From IMG/VR virus record IMGVR_UViG_3300045988_046609: a stretch of DNA of 64,000 bases; one strand, given 5' to 3'. Origin of the DNA: a virus. Shown piece by piece: positions 30,528 to 38,111 of the stretch (its first letter is position 1; every line of letters starts with the position of its first letter). The notes beneath the pieces were generated by a model. It did no database searches. It was given only the letters and a program-made list of their open reading frames with translations, and was not told the origin of the DNA. The translations under genes and the position numbers were made by a program.

Positions 30528-30713
30528 CTAATTACATTTGTCTGCATTTTTCATTAATATTAGTATGATATACCAGATGGATATCATTAACGAGAAGATC
30601 AGTAAATATTTACCGAAAGTTCCGAGTTTGTGACTATCTGCAATTAAATTTGCAGTAATCTCGGCACAGAAAAAGTTATAAACCATGCCAACATAGAGTA
30701 TAATTCTATTCAT
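30528..30713 (-). CDS. Small membrane protein (61 aa), terminates in TAG
   Basis: Two hydrophobic segments. Stop TAG (cta 30528-30530). Confidence 0.4.
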   Translation of the reverse strand: MNRIILYVGMVYNFFCAEITANLIADSHKLGTFGKYLLIFSLMISIWYIILILMKNADKCN

Positions 30714-31070
30714 CTTATAATAAATTATTGATTAATATTATTACTTATCACGCTTTATTAAGCAACTACGCAGATAGTACATGACGTGAGCTCGGTTCGG
30801 CTCGTAATTATGTATTTATCTGCGCATACATAATATTGCCACGATGTCCTTTTAGGGCGCGGACTAGCCTGCCATATGGAATTTCAAATGAAATGCAAAT
30901 TAAGCCTTTTAAAGTCTTGCTTAGGACTATGATGTTGAGCATTCTTCACTTCGGTGGGCTTGCTCAATCCCACGCCACAACTTACACTGGTTTTCACAGA
31001 CGTGTGGTGTTTTCAAATTATGGATACATGACTTGTAAGTTTAAAGTATATGCGCTTACAACTATTTTGG

Positions 31071-31286
31071 TTAGACATTATTTATAGATTTTTCAAAAGA
31101 TAAATCTTCTTTAGTTCTAATAAGGCTGTTTAATACATTAATACAATGTTCTGTAATGTCTTTATTGTTACATGTTGTAGATATTTCATACTCTACACTA
31201 TGTATATCTATCAGTATTCCTGCACTTATTTCAAATGCAGCATTACTCATTAAACTGATGAGATTATTCACTTCGGTTGTATTCAT
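31071..31286 (-). CDS. Hypothetical protein (71 aa)
   Basis: ORF, TAA stop. Confidence 0.4.
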   Translation of the reverse strand: MNTTEVNNLISLMSNAAFEISAGILIDIHSVEYEISTTCNNKDITEHCINVLNSLIRTKEDLSFEKSINNV

Positions 31287-31377
31287 ATACTTGATATATA
31301 TTATGATTAAAATTCGACTATCTTAATCTATTGCTTTCAATGTTATGGTCGGAATGAGGGGTTACCCCCTCATATCC

Positions 31378-32109
31378 TTAACGACGTCTACGGTGTGGTT
31401 TAGTTTGTTCTTCTTCGAACTCATTTGTTAGCAATTCATCTCCGCCAGTTTGGTCATTTTCTTTAGGCACATTTGCAACTGATTTCTTTTCCTCTAGCTT
31501 TAATTGCATTGCACACGGTACAATCATTTTACCGCTACCAGCTTGAGTTTCAAGTCCGTTGGTATAGGCTCTAGCCGCCTTACGAACTACATTTTCCGTA
31601 GGCGTGTCGACTCCATTTGCGTCAGTTTTGCAGATAGATGTTACCCAAATAGATCGGAAAACTTTACGTTTTAACGGATCGTTCGGAAGCACTTCATCTC
31701 CTGTCTGGGCTATTATCCAATCGCCCTCCTTTACTCCGTCCCCGTCTTTTGTGTACCGTCTAAAGTACGGTTCGGGTGTTTCTTGCTCAAATCTGTTAAG
31801 ATTAATTGTTGGAAAGATAGGTTTTTCGCCTTTCTTTTCCCGTTCTTCATTTTTATCTAATAAAGATAAAAATACATCACAAATTTGTGAAGTGTTAGGG
31901 AACAAAATAGTTCTAAAGGGCGATATATTAGATTTATTAGCTATTTCACTAATATCTCCTCCCTCAAAAATTAGTTTGTTTAGGTCCTCTTCACTCATTG
32001 CATTACTTTCCGTATTAATAGGATTCGCAGTTATTAAAAAACAGTATGCAACGTCGTTAAAACCGTCTTTAATTTCGTACTCTGTCATTGATGTAATTTG
32101 ACACTTCAT
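31378..32109 (-). CDS. Hypothetical protein (243 aa from ATG), first gene of the minus-strand block
   Basis: Track ORF 31378-32136 begins at GTG; I prefer ATG 32107-32109 (MKCQITS...). A strong hairpin atgagggg/cccctcat lies just past the stop. Confidence 0.6.
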   Translation of the reverse strand: MKCQITSMTEYEIKDGFNDVAYCFLITANPINTESNAMSEEDLNKLIFEGGDISEIANKSNISPFRTILFPNTSQICDVFLSLLDKNEEREKKGEKPIFPTINLNRFEQETPEPYFRRYTKDGDGVKEGDWIIAQTGDEVLPNDPLKRKVFRSIWVTSICKTDANGVDTPTENVVRKAARAYTNGLETQAGSGKMIVPCAMQLKLEEKKSVANVPKENDQTGGDELLTNEFEEEQTKPHRRRR

Positions 32110-32270
32110 TTTTGATATTTTAGATACCGAAAACACAGCCGTACCAACGTGGCACGTGTGGGGGTATCTCCTCCGTATCCATATATCGGGGAGTGATTTG
32201 GGTGCAGGTTATCACACGCACAACCTCTCCCCAAATTTTTTATCGCCAAAAAAAATTTTATATATTTTTT

Positions 32271-32330
32271 TGTTAAATAGTGTTAAATTTCTGTAGTTAA
32301 ATAGCCCTAAATGTTGTTAATAAATGTTAA
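32271..32330 (+). promoter_or_regulatory. Cluster of five GTTAA(A/T) repeats in the divergent control region
   Basis: GTTAA at 32272, 32282, 32296, 32316 and 32326. Similar TGTTAA(A/C)A copies at 33540 and 33550, and one at 37008, each upstream of + strand gene groups. Confidence 0.35.
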
Positions 32331-32467
32331 AGAAAAGGGAACCAAACCTAGTATATGAGCGTTATTATGGGGGTAAGGGGGCATAAACAGATAGTATACT
32401 CTTAAGTAAGTAGTAATATAATACTTATTTTAACAGATATAATCCCTTACTTTAGATAATACATACT

Positions 32468-32776
32468 ATGACAGAAGGATTAAAGAATGACTTTAAGGAC
32501 GGTAAATTAAGATGGGATCTTCTACCGTTAGAAGAGATAGAAGACATTGTTAAAGTATATACTGAAGGAGCTAAGAAATACTCTGATAATAGTTGGCAGA
32601 ATTTAGATAACGGCTACCAACGTTATAAAGCTGCTTTACTTAGGCATTTACTAGAGTATGAGAAAGGTAATAAAATAGATGAAGATACTGGTTGCCAACA
32701 TCTAGCACAAGTAGCATGGAATGCTGTAGCTTTACTTTGGTTAGACAAACACGGAAAAGGTAAAACAATAGAATGA
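32468..32776 (+). CDS. DUF5664-like (dATP/dGTP diphosphohydrolase N-terminal-like) small protein
   Basis: Pattern GKLRWDLLP...GAKKYSDNSWQN...RHLLEY...DEDTGCQHLAQVAWNAVAL, recalled from that family. No search run. Confidence 0.4.
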   Translation: MTEGLKNDFKDGKLRWDLLPLEEIEDIVKVYTEGAKKYSDNSWQNLDNGYQRYKAALLRHLLEYEKGNKIDEDTGCQHLAQVAWNAVALLWLDKHGKGKTIE

Positions 32777-33057
32777 ATACAAAAGTAACTAGAAAACAAA
32801 TAGAAGAAGCTAGAAATTACTTATTTAACATTAATACACAATTAGGTATGACACTATACGATCCAGAATTAGCAGAGATAATCAAGAATAGAGAAGTAGT
32901 AGAAATTCAAGGTAAAAGATACCATATAGAGAGTTCTCCTCTAGGTACTTGTGATGGTTGTTGCTTTATGGGTAAGCAATGCCCACAGAGAGCTGTAACA
33001 TATTGTACTTCAAACGGAGGAAATATTATAGTAGAAGCAGAACCAAATAAGAAATAA
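32773..33057 (+). CDS. Cys-rich hypothetical protein (94 aa)
   Basis: ORF with CDGCCFMGKQCPQRAVTYC. Confidence 0.5.
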   Translation: MNTKVTRKQIEEARNYLFNINTQLGMTLYDPELAEIIKNREVVEIQGKRYHIESSPLGTCDGCCFMGKQCPQRAVTYCTSNGGNIIVEAEPNKK

Positions 33058-33089
33058 TACGTTATAGTTAGAAACTAAGTAAAAAGAAT

Positions 33090-33440
33090 ATGGAAGATAA
33101 AGTACTAGAAACAGTAGTTAATGGAATAGGATGGGGAATGTTGAAAGATGTTTTAATTAAACCTCTTCCACCTACCATGGTTACTAAAGAGTTTACAGAA
33201 CAAATACCTAATGGTAAAGTAGATGAGAATGGATTTAACGAGTATGATACTAAGACTGAGACTAAGGAAGTAGAATCTGATTGGGCTACAGGTATTGTAC
33301 TACAGATTCCTTCACACTTAACAGATGTTAAATTTAAGGTTGGTGATACAGTTGCTTATAATAAGAAGTTTGCAATGTATTTTGATCTGGTAAAAGATAC
33401 CCAATTAGTGAAACCTTATGACATTATTGCCGTTAAGTAA
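33090..33440 (+). CDS. Possible GroES-like co-chaperonin
   Basis: LIKPLP... near the N-terminus and KVGDTVAYNKK...YDIIAV near the C-terminus resemble the Cpn10 pattern. Confidence 0.35.
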   Translation: MEDKVLETVVNGIGWGMLKDVLIKPLPPTMVTKEFTEQIPNGKVDENGFNEYDTKTETKEVESDWATGIVLQIPSHLTDVKFKVGDTVAYNKKFAMYFDLVKDTQLVKPYDIIAVK

Positions 33441-33496
33441 TATAAATTAAGTTTTCATAAAGATAAAAAATTAGTTCGTTTGCAACATTACTAGAA

Positions 33497-33530
33497 GGCT
33501 CGACTTAGGTTGGGCTTTCTTTTTATATAT
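33497..33530 (+). terminator. Probable intrinsic terminator
   Basis: Imperfect G-U-containing stem ggctcgac/gttgggct followed by ttctttttat. Confidence 0.4.
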
Positions 33531-33680
33531 TAATTAATTGTTAACAAATGTTAAAAGCTATTAACAATTATTCACAACTAACGTTTTATAGGCATATGGA
33601 AAAATTAATAGTAATGGGTCTCTGCTTTTCCATGATATGGCTTGCCGTATGGGGGCTCAGTGATAAAAATAAGAAATAAT

Positions 33681-34061
33681 ATGGAATATACATTTAAGAA
33701 AGATTTCGGCTTTTTCAAAGCAAACGATGTACTTACTTGGAATGAAGATATTGATGCCTTTACTATGGATGTAGAGGAGGGTAATAGTTTTAGATCTGCA
33801 ATGATTGATGAACGTACTGTTGAAGATCTGCGTTTGGAAGGTTTACTAGCAGCTAATGCTGAACCTGAAAATGATAAGATCAACACTACTGTTGAATTCA
33901 TTGATTCTTTACTTAAACAATACGAAGATGATTACAAAGAAGTAACACAGAAGTATAAAGAAGGTAAAGTTCAACCGTGTGTTAAAGTAGAAGCTGAAAC
34001 AGTTTATTTTAACCTTACTAAGGTATTAAATAAGATTAAAGAGGAATTGACGAATGAATAA
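33681..34061 (+). CDS. Hypothetical protein (126 aa from MEYTF)
   Basis: Track ORF 33642-34061. Internal ATG preferred because of the A-rich leader. Confidence 0.55.
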   Translation: MEYTFKKDFGFFKANDVLTWNEDIDAFTMDVEEGNSFRSAMIDERTVEDLRLEGLLAANAEPENDKINTTVEFIDSLLKQYEDDYKEVTQKYKEGKVQPCVKVEAETVYFNLTKVLNKIKEELTNE

Positions 34062-34446
34062 ATTGGTTAAGAAAGTATCTAAAACCGATTTGTATAAAGA
34101 ATTCTTAAAAAGCCTTAATGGTGTATTAGACCTTACTAATAGGGAGTTAGAATTATTAGCTACGTTTATAGACTTAGATATTAATACTCCTAAACTCCCT
34201 AATATTAGTAAGAATGTAATAAGTGCTGAAAATAGGAAGTACATTAAGCGTACTCTAGGTATTACTCCTGATAATTTAAGTAGATACATAGCTAAATTCA
34301 AGAGTTAGGGTATACTAGTAAAAGGCGAAATAGAAGACGAGGTAAAAGTAAATAAAGTATTAATACCTGAGATAATCGGTGATAGAGTACAAATTACAAT
34401 CATATTAAGATTAAATAAAGATGAAAATGAGATCATTCCTGCTTGA
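34054..34446 (+). CDS. Hypothetical protein; 84 aa if TAG 34306 is a stop, 130 aa if it is read through to TGA 34444
   Basis: The frame stays open past TAG 34306-34308 for 45 more codons and then overlaps the next start. Confidence 0.5.
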
Positions 34447-34807
34447 GGCAGGAACAATAATAGCATGGAAGAAGTATCCGTATATCAAGAAACTGTGGAA
34501 TAAGATTAGAGGTAAACAGCTACCGTTTAACATGTTTACTATAGTACCTAGTCGAACAGAGTTGCTTACCTCGGATGATATGAAAGATATAGAAATATAT
34601 GAACCTATACGTAAGTATAATAAACAAGAACAATCTAAGATAAGCGTCCTTGCTAAGGACACTTTATATAGTAGCGATTGGGTAGATGTAGCATCACTAA
34701 TAAATATAGTAAGACCTAACACGTTATTAGGACCTATTACATTAGCTACATGTAAATATTATAAGAAAGTAGAGTGGAATGAGAAATTAGACGAGTATAT
34801 ATACTAA
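34421..34807 (+). CDS. Hypothetical protein (128 aa)
   Basis: Uninterrupted ORF. Confidence 0.55.
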   Translation: MKMRSFLLEAGTIIAWKKYPYIKKLWNKIRGKQLPFNMFTIVPSRTELLTSDDMKDIEIYEPIRKYNKQEQSKISVLAKDTLYSSDWVDVASLINIVRPNTLLGPITLATCKYYKKVEWNEKLDEYIY

Positions 34808-34985
34808 ATTAAGTAACAAGTATAACATTCCATATCAAGTTATTGAAGTGATATGTAATAGCCCGTTTAAATTTACTAATCAGATCATAACAGATTTAGA
34901 TCCTAAACCGGTAATGTTTGCTTACTTAGGGAAGATCAAGATAAAGAAGAGATATGAAGAAGACGCCAAAAATAGACATGTATGA
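34779..34985 (+). CDS. Possible small protein (68 aa) with TAG at codon 4
   Basis: ATG AGA AAT TAG then an open frame to TGA 34983-34985. It fills the otherwise empty 34808-34953 gap. Confidence 0.3.
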
Positions 34986-35388
34986 TCCTCAGATATACCC
35001 TAGAAGACTATACGTAGCGGTAGAAGTTGAAAACTTACAGGAGCATTTCAAGTTATTAAGTACAGATGGTAAAGTTGAATTTACTGATGAGGAGGCTAAA
35101 GTAGACTTCCATTGTAGTAAATATGCAATGGTAACTCGTTCTGTAATAAACAAGGAAGATGGCAAATATGGTGTATTAATTCAAGTACCTGATTTAGATG
35201 AGATGCAACAGTCTGATATATCACACGAGGCAGTACATGCTGCAGACTATATATATCAAGAACTAGGGATGTATACAGAAGATTTCAAGGATGGTAACGA
35301 AGGTTATGCTTACTTAGTAGGATGGATAGCTGGTTGTGTTAGTAAGAGTATAATTAAAGCAAAACAAAATGACAATAGAAGAGAGTAA
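34954..35388 (+). CDS. Hypothetical protein with HExxH motif (possible metallopeptidase)
   Basis: SHEAVHAAD motif in a 144-aa ORF. Confidence 0.45.
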   Translation: MKKTPKIDMYDPQIYPRRLYVAVEVENLQEHFKLLSTDGKVEFTDEEAKVDFHCSKYAMVTRSVINKEDGKYGVLIQVPDLDEMQQSDISHEAVHAADYIYQELGMYTEDFKDGNEGYAYLVGWIAGCVSKSIIKAKQNDNRRE

Positions 35389-35773
35389 GGCGATGTGGAA
35401 CATCGAGAAGAGTAATGTTGACCAAGTTAACTTTACTAAAGGGATGAAGGCTTTATATAAAGCCGTGGATAAAGTTATCGAAAATGGTATTATTACTTAT
35501 GAAGACTTCACTAACGATACTATTGATGAACTTACTACCTTAATGGTGCAAGAAGGTAAAGGAGAGATTGGTGCTATGGATAGAGCAGAACAATTAGATC
35601 TAATGTGTAAGCGTTTAACTGAGAAATATGAAGAAAAATATAACACCAGAGAGCTTGGAACAGGAATTACAGAACTTTCAACAGATAGTGCAGAAGTATC
35701 AGACCCTGAAAAACTACACGAATCCGAATGTATCACTGAGGAGAGCGTTAGCGATAATACAGAGATTAAATAA
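35369..35773 (+). CDS. Acidic hypothetical protein (134 aa)
   Basis: Uninterrupted ORF. Confidence 0.5.
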   Translation: MTIEESKAMWNIEKSNVDQVNFTKGMKALYKAVDKVIENGIITYEDFTNDTIDELTTLMVQEGKGEIGAMDRAEQLDLMCKRLTEKYEEKYNTRELGTGITELSTDSAEVSDPEKLHESECITEESVSDNTEIK

Positions 35774-35806
35774 AGAAAAATATTTAGGTTATAGAATTGA
35801 TTGATT

Positions 35807-36178
35807 ATGGTAAAATATTGCGCAAAAGTAAATAAGGCTAATATCTACAAAGTAGATTTTGAGAAAGAAGAGTTCGAGTCTGTTGGTTACTTCAGTGATA
35901 TTGACTATCGTTATATTATACCAGAAGATGGTCTCTTAGAGATAACTGATAAGAATGGTAATAAGAAATCTATTGAAGTAAAACAGTATGACATGATACT
36001 TAAGATGTATAGTACTACTGGTGACTATGACGATAAAGAGTTTATAGTGATAGATAATCCAGAATTGAAAGACTATTATCGTAGAAGAATTGAGAGACTG
36101 GAAGCTGATAGAAAAGCGAGAGAAGTAGCAATGAATGAGAAATGTTGTTGTGATGGTGAACCTGTAGGAGCAGTATAA
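35807..36178 (+). CDS. Hypothetical protein (~123 aa)
   Basis: Track ORF 35801-36178 starts at TTG; ATG at 35807. Confidence 0.5.
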   Translation: MVKYCAKVNKANIYKVDFEKEEFESVGYFSDIDYRYIIPEDGLLEITDKNGNKKSIEVKQYDMILKMYSTTGDYDDKEFIVIDNPELKDYYRRRIERLEADRKAREVAMNEKCCCDGEPVGAV

Positions 36179-36483
36179 TGGAAAAGATACTAGTAAATAG
36201 ATATGGAGAAGCTATTAGTTTTAACACTGATCTAAATGCTATTACTCCAATGTTAGCCAACATTGATTGCCATATATACAAAGCTGAAACAGACGGGCAA
36301 GTAATTACTTCGGATGAAGTAATAGACATTAAAAAAGGAGAATTCGCTCTTGTTTGTGTATGCTGGAATAATGGTAAGAATGTTGTAAAGGCCATTGTAA
36401 TATCAGATCCGGCAGCCATACACGACTTAGGAGAATGGTACGAATTTGAATTAAATAAGTATAAGTCAAATGAATCTCGTTGA
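36178..36483 (+). CDS. Hypothetical protein (101 aa)
   Basis: Uninterrupted ORF with ATG overlapping the previous stop. Confidence 0.5.
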   Translation: MEKILVNRYGEAISFNTDLNAITPMLANIDCHIYKAETDGQVITSDEVIDIKKGEFALVCVCWNNGKNVVKAIVISDPAAIHDLGEWYEFELNKYKSNESR

Positions 36484-37003
36484 TATAGTAGGAGGTAAGG
36501 TTGTAATACACCCAGATCTGTATTTCATACCAGCATTCAAAAGACTATACGAACATGATACTTCGGAAGACAAAGTTCATCAAGAGCTTGTTATTACTTA
36601 TATAGTACTTATGCACAAATGGAGTAGTCCATATAAGAAGAGTATGGATGCTCATACTAGAGAAATAAGGCTCAAAGAACAAGTATTTGAAGATCCAAGC
36701 TATGAACTTACTGAGGAAGAAAAGGTAGCTGAACAAGAGTACATAGATTGGCAAAATACTAGAATACTAAAGATGCTAGACGCTCAAATGAACAAATTAG
36801 ACTCAGTCACTAAGTGGTATGAAGAGTCATTAGATGATTGTTTGGATGAGAAGAAGATCAAAGATCTACTAGCTGGAATGGGTTCTACAGCTAATACTAT
36901 TAAGAGTATAGAAGCATTAAAATCTATGGTTCAAGCTGAGGAATTAACTATGGGTAAAGTAAAGGGAGATGCCAAGGTTAATCCTTATGAGTTGGCAGGA
37001 TAA
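36470..37003 (+). CDS. Hypothetical protein (177 aa)
   Basis: Uninterrupted ORF. Confidence 0.55.
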   Translation: MNLVDIVGGKVVIHPDLYFIPAFKRLYEHDTSEDKVHQELVITYIVLMHKWSSPYKKSMDAHTREIRLKEQVFEDPSYELTEEEKVAEQEYIDWQNTRILKMLDAQMNKLDSVTKWYEESLDDCLDEKKIKDLLAGMGSTANTIKSIEALKSMVQAEELTMGKVKGDAKVNPYELAG

Positions 37004-37063
37004 TACAGTTAAAGACAACCAAAATTAAACAATACGTTTATTATAATATAATTTTTGAATAAA

Positions 37064-37204
37064 ATGAAAAAGCAAGTAAATATTGTAATTGATATGAATA
37101 AAACCCAAGAAGAAGTATGGCAGCAGATGGAAGAAGCATATGCAGTTTTACATAAACTTGGTCAAAGAAAACCTTGGTATAGGAGACTGTTCTCTTGGTT
37201 TTGA
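37064..37204 (+). CDS. Possible small protein (46 aa)
   Basis: ATG 37064 to TGA 37202-37204 (MKKQVNIVIDMNKTQEEVWQQMEEAYAVLHKLGQRKPWYRRLFSWF). Below the track length cutoff. Confidence 0.3.
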   Translation: MKKQVNIVIDMNKTQEEVWQQMEEAYAVLHKLGQRKPWYRRLFSWF

Positions 37205-37249
37205 TATTTAAAAGTCTGACAGGGACAGACATTAAATATTCCCTGGCAC

Positions 37250-37352
37250 GGGAGAGTGGCGGAATGGTATACGGCAGTAGATTGACGGAAGCGCCCTAAA
37301 GTCGTCATTAACAAAGCTCTTGGGTTTGAAAGTTCGAGTCTTTCCTCTCCCA
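37250..37352 (+). tRNA. Atypical 103-nt tRNA-like gene (Leu-like D arm, no canonical anticodon arm)
   Basis: Perfect 7-bp acceptor GGGAGAG/CTCTCCC and T arm GAAAG-TTCGAGT-CTTTC. D region TGGCGGAATGGTATACGGC resembles bacterial tRNA-Leu. The central 53 nt offer only a TGACG/CGTCA stem around a 15-nt loop GAAGCGCCCTAAAGT. Confidence 0.5.
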
Positions 37353-37360
37353 CTTAATAT

Positions 37361-37435
37361 TCCCCTATGGTGTAATGGTAACACTCGGAGCTCTAACCTC
37401 CGTATTGCCCGTTCGAGTCGAGGCTGGGGGGACCA
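37361..37435 (+). tRNA. Amber suppressor tRNA, anticodon CUA (Gln-like body), CCA encoded
   Basis: TCCCCTA-TG-GTGT-AATGGTA-ACAC-T-CGGAG-CTCTAAC-CTCCG-TATT-GCCCG-TTCGAGT-CG(A)GGC-TGGGGGG-A-CCA. Anticodon CTA at 37393-37395. The D arm ATGGTGTAATGGTAACAC resembles tRNA-Gln. Confidence 0.85.
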
Positions 37436-37610
37436 ATAAGGGTAAGTTTGCAGCGGCTGTGAGTAGATCCGAACTTCTGAAAGATGATAAGAAGACTCTC
37501 TACTTACCTTTAACTTATTTATTAAAGAGGTCAATTCACGGTTTGGGTAATGCGCAAGATATCTGAGGCGTTGGCATTTTATCTTACGAACCTCCTTACT
37601 CTACATTATC

Positions 37611-37892
37611 ATGAGAAAGTTTGAAATATGGACAGGGTATTATTCTGTAGATGGTTATTCACCATGCGAACCCGAGTTACACGCTGTGATTGAGGCGTTG
37701 GATTTTAAGTCAGCTTGCATGAAATATGAACTACGGAGTAGACTTGATAGTATCTAGTTGCAAGAAAAATAGGGTTATGTGTGCAAGCAGTCATATGTGG
37801 ACTTCTATAACCCGGATACACAAACAAACAGTTGGATTGGTAAGTACTATCCATCGAAAGAAGAAGCGCAAAAATCGTTTGAAAAACAGTGA
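37611..37892 (+). CDS. Small hypothetical protein (93 aa) with two in-frame TAG, embedded in the tRNA cluster
   Basis: ATG 37611 to TGA 37890-37892, open if the two TAG are read through (MRKFEIWTGYYSVDGYSPCEPELHAVIEALDFKSACMKYELRSRLDSI-Q-LQEK-Q-GYVCKQSYVDFYNPDTQTNSWIGKYYPSKEEAQKSFEKQ). Confidence 0.5.
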
Positions 37893-38022
37893 AGTATGGC
37901 GCGCATACAACGTAACTTCCTAAGTCACTAGCTATGTAAGGAATCTCATAGTTAACACAGCTCATGATGGACCTAATCGTAAGTAGACAAGTTTGACAGA
38001 GTTCTTGTATAAACTGTAGTAC

Positions 38023-38095
38023 TGTGGGATGGAGCAGTTGGTAGCTCGTTAGGCTCATAACCTAAAGGTCGTTGGTTCAAGTCCAACTCCCGCAA
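38023..38095 (+). tRNA. tRNA with CAU anticodon (elongator Met or Ile2-type)
   Basis: TGTGGGA-TG-GAGC-AGTTGGTA-GCTC-G-TTAGG-CTCATAA-CCTAA-AGGTC-GTTGG-TTCAAGT-CCAAC-TCCCGCA-A. Confidence 0.85.
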
Positions 38096-38111
38096 CTTAA
38101 GAAGAAATAAT

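Noticed and set aside
30836-31087. 83-aa + strand ORF in the 30714-31070 gap
   Set aside because: It is on the opposite strand to all neighbours and overlaps strong RNA-like stems. Its translation lacks any recognisable motif, so the region is more likely non-coding.
31604-32101. 165-aa + strand ORF
   Set aside because: It is entirely antisense to the minus gene 31378-32109, and its Ser/Leu-rich low-complexity translation is typical of a shadow ORF. The same reasoning applies to 21666-21986, 20152-20439, 15083-15355, 44847-45203, 51074-51433, 51593-51940, 42049-42358 and similar antisense ORFs.
37440-37509. 70-nt element with a 7-bp terminal stem (ggtaagt/acttacc) just after the suppressor tRNA, considered as a fourth tRNA
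   Set aside because: It has no T-loop or D-loop signatures. The internal pairings (gtaga/tctac, cttct/agaag) give a Y-shaped hairpin, not a cloverleaf, and compete with the terminal stem.
37705-38058. 117-aa minus-strand ORF across the tRNA cluster
   Set aside because: It overlaps tRNA-CAU (38023-38095) and the better-supported + strand recoded ORF 37611-37892, in a region where all other genes are on the + strand.
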